Source of the DNA: the human T2T-CHM13v2.0 reference genome, Homo sapiens
Assembly (NCBI RefSeq): GCF_009914755.1
Contig: NC_060926.1
DNA length: 64,000 bases
Reading direction: 5' to 3' (one strand)
Below the pieces are notes generated by a model, which ran no database searches, had not been told where the DNA came from, and saw nothing but the letters and a program-made list of their open reading frames with translations. The translations under genes and the position numbers were made by a program. This document shows, one piece after another, positions 15,308-28,945 of the stretch (positions are counted from its first letter, which is position 1; each line of letters opens with the position of its first letter).

Positions 15308-15665
15308 GTAACAGACACTTGTCAGATGCTTCCCCGGCCTCCGTTTCATACTTTTTGCACAGGTTAGCAGTCCGGGTGACTAGATGGGATTGATTCCCAT
15401 AACCTACCCACATAAGTGGGCACTGATTGGCCTAAACCAAGTAGAAGGATCTCCCAAACTTAGTACTATGACTGACCAAAACCCAAGCCCAGGCCAGCTA
15501 GATGTTGACATTACTCCGGCCATGGCAACTGCTTTGGCCACTCGGTTAAATCTAGTTCAGAGTGAGGCCACAAGTCTTGTTTGACAATCAGAGAAAGAGA
15601 TTTTCTTTTCTAAGAAAGACTGATGTGCAGATGTGACATTTGGAGCTGCTACATCCATTGTGCTC
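15308..15665. mobile_element. Old ERVL/MaLR-like LTR relic
   Basis: ctgattggcctaaaccaa…acccaagcccaggcca…tttggagctgct resembles MLT1/LTR16/LTR33-class LTRs; family not resolved. Confidence 0.4.
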
Positions 15666-16027
15666 CACATATCATAAGGCCTAGGTTCAAACACAACTCT
15701 GTACCTTTAAAAAAAAAATCTACAAGTTGCTGATAAAAATAGCTTTCATGGAGGTTATGAAAATTACAAGAGATACATGCAAAGAGTCTTCCACTGGGTT
15801 ATCAAGGCCCACTTTCTCCCTCTAGAAACACCTATCAGCTGGACAACAGAAATAGGAGATACTATAGTTTAGGCTGATTCCATTTTATGGTTAGTGACAT
15901 GTTTGGTAAAAGTTTGTCTAGGAAGAAGGAAAAGCCTAAAATTGAGCCAACTTTGAAAGTAGTTAAAATGACTGATGTTGGAATTTACACAGAATACAGA
16001 AATAAATGCATGAAAAGTCAGATAACT

Positions 16028-16170
16028 GGCCGGACACAGTGGCTCACACCTGTAATCTCAGCACTCTGGCAGGCCAAGGCAGGAAGATCACCTAAGGTCA
16101 AGAGTTCAAGACCAAGACCAGCCTGGTCAACATAGTGAGACCCCATCTCTATGTTTAACCAAAAAAAAAA
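16028..16170 (+). mobile_element. FLAM_C-like Alu left monomer
   Basis: Left arm plus A tail; TSD aaaag(t/c)cagataact at 16013-16027 and 16169-16183. Confidence 0.9.
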
Positions 16171-16339
16171 AAGCCAGATAACTAGAATAAAAAGTTCAAG
16201 AGATGTACAGAGTAGTAGAAAAGGGTTAGTTGGAAAGGTAGGAGAACAAGAATTTGTAAAGTGAGTGGAATTTCTGAATTTCAGAGGTATGGTCATTCCA
16301 GTTAGTAACAAACGAGATTACCTGTAGGAGTAGAGGTTT

Positions 16340-16341
<2 letters not shown>

Positions 16342-16386
<45 letters not shown>
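16342..16386. repeat. (CA)~22 microsatellite
   Basis: Directly visible. Confidence 0.97.
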
Positions 16387-16388
<2 letters not shown>

Positions 16389-16530
16389 TGCAGTGGTGCA
16401 TGCCTGTAGTCCCAGCTACTTGGGAGGCTGAAGTGAGAGGATCACTTAAGCATAGGAGTTCAAATCCAGCCTGGACAAGTCCTGGACTCAAAAAACAAGC
16501 AAGATCTTGTCTCAAAACAAAACAAAAACA
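16387..16530 (+). mobile_element. FLAM/FAM-like Alu monomer
   Basis: gtggtgcatgcctgtagtcccagctacttgggaggctga…ggagttcaaatccagcctgg, with a (CAAAA)n tail. Confidence 0.8.
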
Positions 16531-17351
16531 CATTAAGATAGGGTATTAGATTGGTCATACACCCTATTTTAATAGAGATCATGATGATAGAAGGTTAGAA
16601 GGGAGTTAGGTGGTAGAAATGGGGAAGAAATGACCTGGCCAGTAGATGGAAGACAAGAGAGTGGTCATGTGTGTTTAGCCAGATGGTACCCAAAGTAGTC
16701 AGAATTTTTGTCATACATATCCTGTCTTACAAGGCTGATAGAATATGAAGCAAAAATGGGGCATGAGACAAGCCAATATTACCTCTGTGCTAAGGAGAGT
16801 GAATATCTTCAAAGGAAGTGCAATGTTTTTGAGGAATAAGAATATGTGGGGAAGGAGAGGGAAGTGTGAAGTTTAAGTTGTTTGGCATAGAGGGGGAGCT
16901 CAGAGGGTATGTTAGAAAACTTAGCTATTCCATCAAAAGCCTATATTTTTAGCATTTGCATTATTTCTATTCAGATTTAGAATAGGTGAGAATATGAGAT
17001 TTAAGGACTACTTAACTCTCTACTTGAAACCCAGTCATCAGCAAGCCTATTTCTCATATCAAAACTTAGATGGTAATTGCAGACATTCTCTCTGCTGTTA
17101 CCCCCTTTAACGGACATTTTGAAAATGAAGTAATTGAGCAGCTGGGTAATTCTCAGCTAAGGCTACTGCTTATTCTTTTGCCCTTAAATTGATAGATATT
17201 TTACACACATTGGACTGATTACGAACACGTGAATACTTCCAAAACAGCCAGCTGATTTTGGTCTGTTTGTTTTTAAAGTTTACCATTTGTTTTTTCCTCC
17301 CTATATTCAAATACATTAAGGGAAAACAGATGAAGGGGAAAAATACATAAC

Positions 17352-17945
17352 TTCAGATTCTTGAATAATGTTGTTTCATTCAATGTTGTTTCATTATAAT
17401 ATTAATGAGAATAGAAATCAATTCACACTGGGTGGGGCCACCATCTGTGTGGAGTTTGCACTTACGCCTCATGTCTGCATGGGTTTTCTCCAGAATGGCT
17501 GGCGCCCTCTCCCTTCCCAAAGATGTGCATGTCAGGTTCATTGGTGTGTCTACATTGTCCCAGTGTACGTGAGGGTGGGTGGGTATGACTGCACCCTGCC
17601 ATGGGACGGCATCCTATCTAGGATGGCTTCCTGCCTTGCACCCTGAGCTGTTGGGTTATGCTCTGGCCACCCATGACCCTAAACGGGAATAAATAGGTAA
17701 ATCATTATCCCACATGATTTGTTAACCTTTCTTAAATGTATGTATAGCTCACATTTATTTTAATGTTTAATAATGTGACAGTTTTGGTTTTTATTTAAAA
17801 GTTTGGTGATGCTTTTGTGACCAGAAATGTCACACGCAATCTTGTTTACATCAATTAACCTATAGTAAAACTGGTTTCCTTATACATCATTTTACTTAAA
17901 GTTGAAGTTTCCACGAACCCAGTGACAACACTGAGGACTTAACTG
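17352..17945 (+). mobile_element. MER6A-like TcMar-Tigger DNA transposon
   Basis: 5' end cttgaataatgttgtttcattcaatgttg; internal ctgtgtggagtttgcac…ctgcatgggttttctcc; 3' end gaggacttaactg followed by TA. Confidence 0.8.
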
Positions 17946-18792
17946 TATACATAAAAAATCTGAGAGACAAATGTCTGAAATTAAACAGCAACAAAGAGCC
18001 TCCCTATGGAATTGTTTCTCTTAACTTACACACTGGTATTTCACACTTGCCTGCTACATATAAAAGGTTTAAGAAGTAAAGAAAGAAAGTTGTAAGACTC
18101 CACAAGGAACTCCAGAAAAGAAAACATGGTTTACATAATACACCATTGATCGCTGATGGGAAAATGCTTTGGAAGACTCTCCACCTCTCTCTAGAAACTA
18201 ATTAAACTTTTGAGTTTAGGCACCTGAGCTAAGAACAATCCGTTGCACACTTCTGCATAACTTGAAATATCATATTATAATGTGCTCTCCAAAAGATAAC
18301 TCCTATCAGAAGTCTCCAGTAAAGTCTGCATCTAAATTAGTTTCCATTCTGAAAAGTTATGTATATAAATACATACATATAACAATGTATTCTATACACA
18401 TACTTGATTCTCTGCAGCCTATCTTTGAAAAAGTGCAGAATACTCTGCCAGAGATATAATAGACTCAGAACACTCTCCTAGTGTTATATCTGCTAAGTAT
18501 TTTTTGCAGGTATTTTGGAATTGAGAGCTAGAGTTTAGCTCTAGCACCCCTTGTCTTAGTAGCCAAAATAACTTCTCAAAATACTTTTTAAAAAGTTACC
18601 TACATATATTAATCAAATATTTATTTTTAAATTATTTATTCCCTGAGAAAGCCTTTAATGACATGGTTAAACAAAACAAAACAAAAACACATGGCCAGAA
18701 AGACAAAAGTCACATTTTAATGACAGCTGGGAGTGAGGGAGGTCAGGAAATGTAGACATGGAGACAAAGCAAGGTCTTATCCCATTGCTATC

Positions 18793-18857
18793 AGATAGAT
18801 AGACAGACAGACAGACAGATATATACATACCTATATACACATACATACATACATACA
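18793..18857. repeat. Compound (GATA)(GACA)(TACA) microsatellite
   Basis: Directly visible. Confidence 0.9.
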
Positions 18858-18953
18858 TTTGTTTTAATATGGTGGGTAACCTCCATACCAACTGTCTTCC
18901 TGCGTGCCTGCCTGAATTACAGAGGCGAAAATCCTAAATACTTCTCTTCTCAG

Positions 18954-19130
18954 GCTCCCTTACATCCAGACATCTGTTAATTAGATATGCCACCATGTGT
19001 AGTGCTGTCTTTGTGACTCCTGGATCACAACTAAGCTTGAGGAGCAACTTCTCCACCTTCCTGATGGTAGCAGAGGTAGCAGTACCTCTGGCAGGCCAGA
19101 CAAATGGTGTCACCAGACCTGAAGGCACAG
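18954..19130 (+). other. Candidate exon, 177 nt, with GCCACCATG at 18989-18997
   Basis: Acceptor cttctcttctcag|G and donor CAG|gtgagg. The ATG at 18995 is open to the donor. Confidence 0.35.
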
Positions 19131-19424
19131 GTGAGGTTCTGCTGCTCCAAATTGCCAACCTTTATATACGTATCAAATTCCCTGGTTTTTGTTGCTTTTT
19201 TTTTTTTTAAAAAAAGCAGCCGGCTTTTCCTGTTTTCTGAAACTAAAAACTGACTGATCATACACATTTGTATTTCAATATTAAAGTGGGTCAGATAAGT
19301 GCTCAATTATTTTAATTTTTTAAATCCACAGCCTCTTTTGGTAAACACATAAGAGATGCTGCTTTAAGTAGAGAGTAGATACACTTCCCGAAGCAATCCC
19401 CATTGGCTGTTTTTCTTTCTTTCT

Positions 19425-19750
19425 ATTCTTTATTTATTTATTTATTTATTACTATTATTATCATTTTGAGACAGAGTCTCACTCTGTGGCCCAGGCTGGA
19501 GTGCAGAGGTACAAACTCAGCTCACTGCAACCTCCACCTCCTGAACTCAAGCAATCCTCCCACCTCAGCCCCCCTTGTAGCTGGAACTACAGGTGTGCAC
19601 CACCACACCTGGCTAATTTTTTTATTTTTTGTATAGATGGGGTCTCACTATGTTGCCCAGGCTGGTCTCAAACTTCTGGGCTCAAGCCATCCACCTGCCT
19701 CGGCCTTCCAAAGTGCTGGGATTATAGGAGGTCCAACTCCACTGGACCCC
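19425..19750 (-). mobile_element. AluJ element
   Basis: Antisense dimer with a (TTTA)n tail. Confidence 0.92.
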
Positions 19751-19849
19751 CTTGGCTCTTGGCTCTCCTTGGGGTTCAGCCATCACATAATTAGAAACAG
19801 CCTCCTTTTCACAATAGGATCATGACTAAGAAATAACTCAAGTTCAAAA

Positions 19850-20005
19850 GACGTAGGACCAAATTTAGACTCCATTATTCATTATGTAACCTTAAGTAAA
19901 TTACTTAACCTCCAAGCCTTAATTTCCTCAACTTTCAAATTGAGTAGTACCAATCAAATAGTGTTTAGATTAAATTATACACGTAACGCACAGTAAGCAT
20001 TAAAT
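19850..20005 (+). mobile_element. MIR
   Basis: tgtaaccttaagtaaattacttaacctc…aatttcctca. Confidence 0.6.
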
Positions 20006-23000
20006 GTCTTTAGAGGAAAAAGACATAATTGTCCCTTTCAAGTATTTATAACATCAATTTTGTATGTATGCTTTACATCTAGAAAGAACACTTTTGAGCA
20101 TTTAATCTTTCCCCCTGGAGATGTTACTCCTCAAACACGCCTGTCCTGCAATCAGTATGCAGGAAGATTAAGTAATGTACTCTGCTCCACCTCAGGATTA
20201 ATTCCATTCCTAGGCCCATAATATCCTGGAATGTCTCCTTGGAATGAACATTCTACTGGCAGACACACCCTACAGTTCCTCCCCATAAAAATTCTTACCC
20301 CAAAACTCCATTCAACTCCCAATGAAGGATCACCACCCAGTCTGAGAAAGAAAGAGCCACATGCTTATCTTCTGCTTCTTACTTTTGAAAAACAGGCCTG
20401 AGATAATCAGCCTTTGGAATCCTACCAAAAGGCAGAAACTTAAATTCATGCTATGGGCCAGACCCCCCAGTATAATGTAATTCAAACCTGTGAAACACCC
20501 AATTTATTCCTTGTGGAGTGACTTCTGCACTATTTAAGTTGTCAAACAGAAATCTGTTTAGCTAGAACAAAACATGATAGTGGTTTGTAAACCTTTTTAA
20601 AGAAAGGTTTCAAGCTTTTCTTAAAAAACAAAACAAAGCAAAAAAAAAAAACAAAAGTTTTTTAAAAGAAGGGAGTTTGTACCATCTTATATTTACAGCA
20701 CTACCAAAACTGAACCTTTTACACAAATCTCATAAATTTAATTCTTTAACAAAACTTCATTTCAGGTATTTTCATGTTATTTTGACATACGTTTTACTGT
20801 GCTGAAAAATACTAAAGGAAAACAAATGAGTGATTATGATAATATTATGCCCTAATTTATCTATATTCTTATGTTAGTTCCTTTTTGCTATCTTCAAAAA
20901 ACTAAATGACTAAAATCACTGGTGATCTGAAAATATGTTCTACTTTCAGAGACTTTTGTTGTTATAGCTTCCACATTAAGTTCCTTGTGAAATTCCTTTC
21001 CAATATTAACAGGTCCCCATGGGACAAGGAAAAAAAATGCCAAGAAAAGAAAAATCATCCTAGTATGTCATGGAATATAAAAGACATTTGCATGAGGAAC
21101 CATTTAACAATTCAAAACCAAGCCTGCTTTATAGCAGACTGGTAAGACTATAAGTATATTCCTTTGTAAACTGTGACGGAGTATGGAAATCATTAGCATC
21201 ATCTATTAGGAAAGTAATTTTCAGTTACAGATTAGGAATGTGTATGTGTTTTAAAATTGTAAAAGTAATGTTACAGAAAGTTTTATCAGATGGTTAAAAT
21301 GGCTTTTTACATAAATTATTCATCATAATTAGAACCCCCTCCATGTAGTCTCCTATTTATTAATACAAACAGAAGGTCATACTTACTTAGAAATGGCAGA
21401 GTAAATTTGAAGGAAGTTCACAGCAGAGCTCTCTTTGTTAAGAAAAAGAATTGTCTACCCATTTAAGGTGCCAATTCCTTTGAAAAGAAAAATCCAAACC
21501 TCAAAACTGAAGGGGTGGAAGTTGAACCACAGCCTTCTGATCTGTATCCTGGTGATAGCAGTACCTATTCTTACAGTGTTGTTGTAAGGTTTAAATTATG
21601 CATACCATAAATCATTCCATAGATGCAAGGTAAAAGAAAACTGCATTTGTCTAAATGCTCTGTGTTAAGCATAAAAAGAATGTCTTTGAGTTTGGGAGGT
21701 ATGTTACACCTAGGGAAGGTCCTGGTAAAAACTGTCAGAAGTATACAGATAAAAGTTCATTTCAGGTTATTGCAGAGGGGAAGGGCAGCAGGATGGAGTA
21801 AGGAGGGTAGGGAAGAAAAAAAATCAGATTAGGGAAAATGCAGACACACCTCTGAAGAGTCATATAAGACTGTATTTAGAATTCTGACATTTCGGTGACC
21901 CTTTACTAGGCACAGGGATGACCTAGCAAATTTTATTCCACTTGTTCAGTCAAGTGCACACTCCTGAACAAGGCAGTGACAGGGAAAGGAAAGAGAAAGA
22001 ACAAGACTTACTGGGGCTCAGTACATACGCAGCATAAGTACTTGAATTCCCCAGGAATCACAAGGCAATTTCAACCCCCTCATGAAGACTGATGGTTCAC
22101 AGACACAGACCCTCTTGCCCCAGAATGCCTTCATGTTCTTCTATTAAGTTAACACCATTTACATGTAAGAGCAAAAGACATTGTTGAATTCACAAATCTT
22201 TGCCCCACACAACAAGTGCTAATGTTTAAGACTTAGTATTAAGAAAAGCAAAGAAAATGAATTTGTAAACCTTCTAAATCAATGCCAAGAGCAAGAGCCA
22301 ATAAAAACAAAAGTGAATTGTGAGAAATACTTATCACAATGACCATTCTTCACTAAGCCCACTTCCTTCGAGGACTCTTTTCATCTTCGTCTCTAGGGAA
22401 AGTTGGTTCCACATATCAAGTAATCAAATATGCTTATTTTGAAAGGGAAACTACCCTAAATGTCTCTTTAAAGGTACTCCTTTATAATTATGTTCTAAAG
22501 GAGAACTTTTAGAAATAATGTTTTTTAAGAAACAATACAGTATTTTGAAGCACTCACAAGTCTAAAGGGGTATAAACTGAAAATTATTTGACAGAAGAAT
22601 ATTATGCATATATATGAGGAGAGAGAGAGGAAAGATATTACATGGCAAAATAATACCTTTTTACTTTTGATAAAAATATGGAGTTCCCTCAAAGTTTAGT
22701 AAGTTAAAATGAATTAAATATCAATTAAAAACATGTTTCATGGCATTATTGTTAATCATTTCTATTAATTCGTTATATTTTATTAAATTAACCATTGCAA
22801 ATATCTTCTAAATTTTTCTTACTCCCAGAGTATCTAGATTGACCAATGACCCGCTCCCAGTTAAATTATTTCTCTCCAGGATCGTAAGCTATGTCTTCAT
22901 CACAACTTCTTACAGGCTTTAAAAGTCTACATGTATTTTTTTTAATCATACAGAACATACATCTACAATATCTAAGGTGTTTTACTGTTTTCTTGAGACT

Positions 23001-23289
23001 AAAGGCACCACATTAGGAAACGTAAAATAATACATCCGTAGTCTTAGAGAAAGCCCTGATAATAGTGTGATCAACAATCTTAAAATATACATTTTCTTTA
23101 AAAACTGAGTTTTTTCAAAGTTACATTTAAAATTAACTTTTAAAAAGTGCATAAAGTTTTTCTTAGACTAAAAAATTATGATTCTTTGATATACAGTGAA
23201 TCAAACATAAGAAGCAGAAGCATGTCAGACTTAGAAAGCAGCACTGATACTGTGGTCTGAAGAGTGTGCCCCATGAATGGTGGCCCCTC

Positions 23290-23650
23290 TAGACACTGTG
23301 TCTCCTGGTGAGACGCATGGTGGCACACAGGACCCCACCTACAATATGTTCTAGTTGAAATCTACTTAACTTAAATCTATGTTGCCTAGATCTTGCTTTT
23401 CCATATACAAGGATTTAAGAACAAGTTAACACCACCACAAAGAAGAAACCAGAAAGATTCAGATGGCACAATATTTTGTAGGGCAACTATCTTGATCTCC
23501 TGAAAAAAAGAGTCATAGTGGACACTACTTGAAGGTTACGGGGCATAACCAAATGCAAAGCAAAGTCCCAAATTAGACCCTAATTAGGACAAAGTACCTG
23601 TACATGTTTTAGGGGCATTTGAGTCAATGTAAGGAAGGACTGGGTATATA
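23290..23650 (+). mobile_element. L1MC/ME 3' UTR fragment
   Basis: agaacaagttaac…aaaccagaaagattcagat…cataaccaaatgcaa resembles an old L1 3' UTR. Confidence 0.5.
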
Positions 23651-24052
23651 TGAGGATGTGAGAATGGACATAACTAAGATGAAAATGAATTAACATGAAA
23701 AAGTGAAGAGCATTAGCAGAGAAAAATCAGTTCACAAATGAGGATAACCAAAACAGCATTTCATCTTGGTATAAACAAATGCATACAGAAATAAACAATC
23801 TAGAATTCTATACATTGAAGAAAATAGGAATAAACTCTGCAGAAGTTTGCTTTATTTTACTTATACCTATTAATATCTTCGAACTTTCTACAATGAATAT
23901 TGTTTATAATAAAGTATTTTAATATAAATTTACTATAATTAATAAAAACTTTAAAAATCTGTTCAGGCAACCAAGCTCCTATAAAATTTAATGGTGGGTG
24001 ATGACAGATGAAGTAGCTGGCCTTCCAAAAAAAAAAAAAAAAAAAAAGGAGA

Positions 24053-24305
24053 GGGAAGGTCAAGGGGGAAGGATTGCTGAGGCCAGGAGTTTGAGATCAG
24101 CCTGGGCAACATATTAAGACTCTCATCTCTACAAAATATTTAAAAATCAGCAAGGTATGGTGGAGCACACCTGTAGTCCTAGCTACTAGGGAGGCTGAGG
24201 CAGGAGGATTGCCTGAGCCCAGGAGTTCAAGGTTACTGTGAGCTATAATTGCACCACTGCACTTCAGCCTGGACAACAGAACGAGACCCTACCTCTAAAA
24301 AAATT
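24053..24305 (+). mobile_element. AluJ, 5'-truncated
   Basis: gaggccaggagtttgagatcagcctgggcaac…gagcccaggagttcaaggttac. Confidence 0.9.
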
Positions 24306-25289
24306 TTTAAAGAGAAGAGAAAGGGATTTAGTGTCAATAAAATTAGCTGACGAAAAATATTAATTGAAACAATTTCACATTTGGTATTGCCTATAAAGTT
24401 TCTAAAAGTTAATGCTATTCACAACACTAGAAGGAAAATGAAGTATTATTTCTGGGACCTTTGTTGATGTCATAAGTTACAGGTAGAATGCGAATGTAAC
24501 TCAAAGTCCTCTCATGTGCAAGCATTACCACACTAGGCAATGTTGGGCTTCCCTGATGGCTGGAATCTGCCCATATTAAATAAGCTAATCAGTTTCCTTG
24601 CTACTCATCATGTGATTTTTTTCAGAAAGTTCTAAGCTATTAAACTACTTACTTTTTCACTCTAACTATTGTATAATGATGGCACTATTTCTTATGCCAT
24701 TATATGACAGGCATAGTTTTGGGTCCCTTTACAAATGTTCTTGTTAAATTCACTAAACAAGCCTCTGAATTCAGTAGGTAAATCAACTGTATATAAGACA
24801 GAAAAAAAAACCCTTAGGGTTATTAAACAATATATCCACCATTTTAATGAAAGAGCTTAGATTCAAACTCCTATCTCTCTGACCTTAAAGTCTAGGCTTT
24901 TTCAATTCCTTATGACCATGTACCCGGTCCTGCTTCCAGATACCCATCCTTCATCAAAATGAGGTATAACTGAAATACCATCTTGTTTTTTCAAGAAGTT
25001 CTAATTATGGTGTTTTTTCTTTCTACAGTACATATTTCTTCCAAGAAAAGCAAAAGGGAATATAGAGCACTTTTCTCCCACTTTTGAAAAAGCAAGTGAA
25101 CACCTTCTTCCTCCTTGCAAACAGAAAGTTAACCATTTCTTTACTTTCTTTTTCTTATACAAGAACAAGTAATAGCAGATACAAATGTTACTAAATATCT
25201 TCCGTTTTAGGGAAAACCAGATTGGAACTGAAACTATGTAACACTATCTCTACATCATTACACTAAGCCAGAACATAATTAAAACTTAC

Positions 25290-25360
25290 ATTGAAAAGAT
25301 CAATTATTACAGGAGATTGGTTCAGAAATCCATGGTTATACTGGCTTGTGCTTGGCATAC
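25290..25360 (-). other. Candidate exon / RS-exon, 71 nt
   Basis: On -: tttgtttcaggtttgttttag|GTATGC…AAT|gtaagt. Confidence 0.3.
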
Positions 25361-26058
25361 CTAAAACAAACCTGAAACAAAGTGGCCAACAAATGTAAAA
25401 GAAAATGTATTTGCACCAGTTACAACACAAAAGCTTTCAATACTCTCACTGCAGAATTCTGGCTAGATAAATCAGCTTTTAAAGCAGTGAATTTTAAAAA
25501 AATCTAAGGCTCTTATGTAAATTAAGGGAGTTTGTTCCTTCTTTAAAATATCTGCCTTCACATCTCATCATTTACTTTGTTGTATAAAAGTTTTAATTGT
25601 GAAATATCAAATTCCTCATACACACATTAATTTTCTAAATATCAATCCTCCACTTCTCCCTAGAGTTTGCCAAGGCTGCCAGCAGAGTCTTAAATAACTC
25701 AAACCTAGTTATGTAGATACAACACTATGACTTCTCTTCTTCAAGAAAAATTGTCACAAAGAGATTACTCTGACGTTACATACTCAATTACAACTATTCA
25801 AGCCAAAAAAGGTTATCTTTCCCTAATCAATACTTAAATGAGATCATAAATAAGAGCTGAGTATTCAGGGCTGGGAAAGGAGTTGTACTGTCATTTTCTT
25901 GAGAGGGAGTGGACAAGGGAAGAATGCTGCAAGATCTCAATACTCAGGGGGACTATCTGCTAACAAAACATATTTACAATGTTTTTCAAATTATTTGGTT
26001 CTATTCACAGCAAAAGAAACTGGTCTTGCTTCAAGTTTCAGTTAAGAGGGGGTAAGCA

Positions 26059-26391
<333 letters not shown>

Positions 26392-28337
26392 TTAACAGAA
26401 TGCAGCTGTAAAACCCAGACAGAATCCATAAAGCAACAATTTGAAGAATCTGAAAAGTAAATTGAAAAGCAGCTGAATAACTACTTTTCCCCTCCAGTAT
26501 ACCCCAGCTTGGACTCAATGCAGCCTAAACTCAGAAGCAAAGGATTAGAAGGAATACAAGGAGATGCTCTATAGCTCAAGGCCAAGTAAAGAGAAGGGGT
26601 TTCCTAATGCACAGAGGGAGTTGCCCTTTTTTTATTGATTGAAAGCCACAAATACTTCCATATAATAGCAATAAACAACTTTTAAGATCCCAAAACGAAA
26701 ATACTTGACTGTAACTCCATCAAAATATGTAGAGGATCTGTATTTTGAAAACTACATAACATAGATGAAGGAAATCAAAGATGACCTAACTAAATTCAGA
26801 GGCATATCCTGTTCATGGATTAGAAGACTCAGTACAGTGAAGATTCTTTTCAAATTTATCTGTATTTTTAACACAATTCCAGTCAAAACTCCAGTGGGAT
26901 TTCTGTAGATATAGACAAGCACATATTAAAATATACAGTATAATAAAGGAACTAGAATTTTAAAAAAGGCAAAAAAGAATAGCAAGCTGGAGAACTGATA
27001 CAATTCAATTTCAAGACATTATAAAGAAAGCTACAGTAATCAAAACAATGTGGTATTGACAAGTAGACACAGATCAATGGAACAAAATAGACAATCTAGA
27101 AATAGAGCCACACAAACATGAACAACTTGTTTTTGACAAAGGTGCAAAGGCAATTCATTAGAGAAAGGATAGTCCTTTCAACAAATAATAGTGGAATAAT
27201 TGGACTGTATGCTAAAAATATGAATCCAGAGCTAAAGCTTATACCTTTAACAAAAATTAACTCAAAATGATTAATACATCTAAATACAAAATGAAAAGCT
27301 GTAAAACTTTAAAAAACAAAAATACATTCATGATCTGGATTTAGGCAACAAGTTCTTAAGACACCAAAGCATAGTACATTTTTAAGAATTGGTAAATTGG
27401 ATTTTATCAAAATTAAAAACTTTTGCTCTAAAAATACACAATTAAGAGAATAAAAAAGACAAGCAACAGTCTAGGAGAAAATATTTCCAAATCACATATC
27501 AGACAAATAACTTGTATCCAGAATATATAAAGAACTTAGAATATTCTGCAGTAAGAAAACAGCCCAAATTAAAAATTGGCCAGGGACTTAAACAGTTGTC
27601 TCAAAAAAGGATATACAAATGGCAAATAAGCACATGAAAAGCTTTTCAACATCAAGTGCCTTTATGAAAATGTAGATTAAGAACAAAATGAGATCTCATG
27701 ACACATGTATTAGAATGGCTAACATAAATACCAACGATACTATGTTGGTGAGGATGCAGATCAAATAAAATTCTCATGCACTCTTGGTGGAATGCAAAAT
27801 GGTACAACTACTCTAGACAATGGTCTAGAAGTTTCTTATTAAATATACACTTACCATGACCCAGCAATCTCTCTCCTAGGCAGCATAAAAAAGAAATCAA
27901 AATTTTGTACTTGAAATGAAAATACTGTACTTGAATGTTCTATTCATAATGAACCCAAACTGGAAACAATCTAACTGGTATTCAATGGGTGAATGGATAA
28001 AGAAACTGCAGTACATCCATACTACAAAATACTACACTTAGCTATAAAGAGGAACCACTGACACACGTAAAAGTTAGATGAATCTCAAAGGCATTATACC
28101 GAGTGAAAAAAAGTCTCAAAAGGTTGCATACTGTATGGTTCTATTTTTAAGACATTCATAAAAATTCAAACTACAGTGACAAAGAATAGCTCAGTGGTCA
28201 CCAGGTGTTATTGATAGGGACGGTCTCATTATAAAGTAACAGCAAAAGGGATTTTTCTGGAGGGATGGAACCAGTCTATGTCCTGATAGTGGTGGGAATT
28301 TTGTAAACATGTGCATGGGTTAAAACTCCTAGCACTG

Positions 28338-28945
<608 letters not shown>

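Noticed and set aside
22330-22410. Minus-strand acceptor followed by DEDEKSPRRK-like codons
   Set aside because: All frames stop within ~60 nt and there is no good donor.
26640-28335. L1 ORF2 as a coding region
   Set aside because: Heavily degenerate; no ORF of 60 aa or more in the supplied track.
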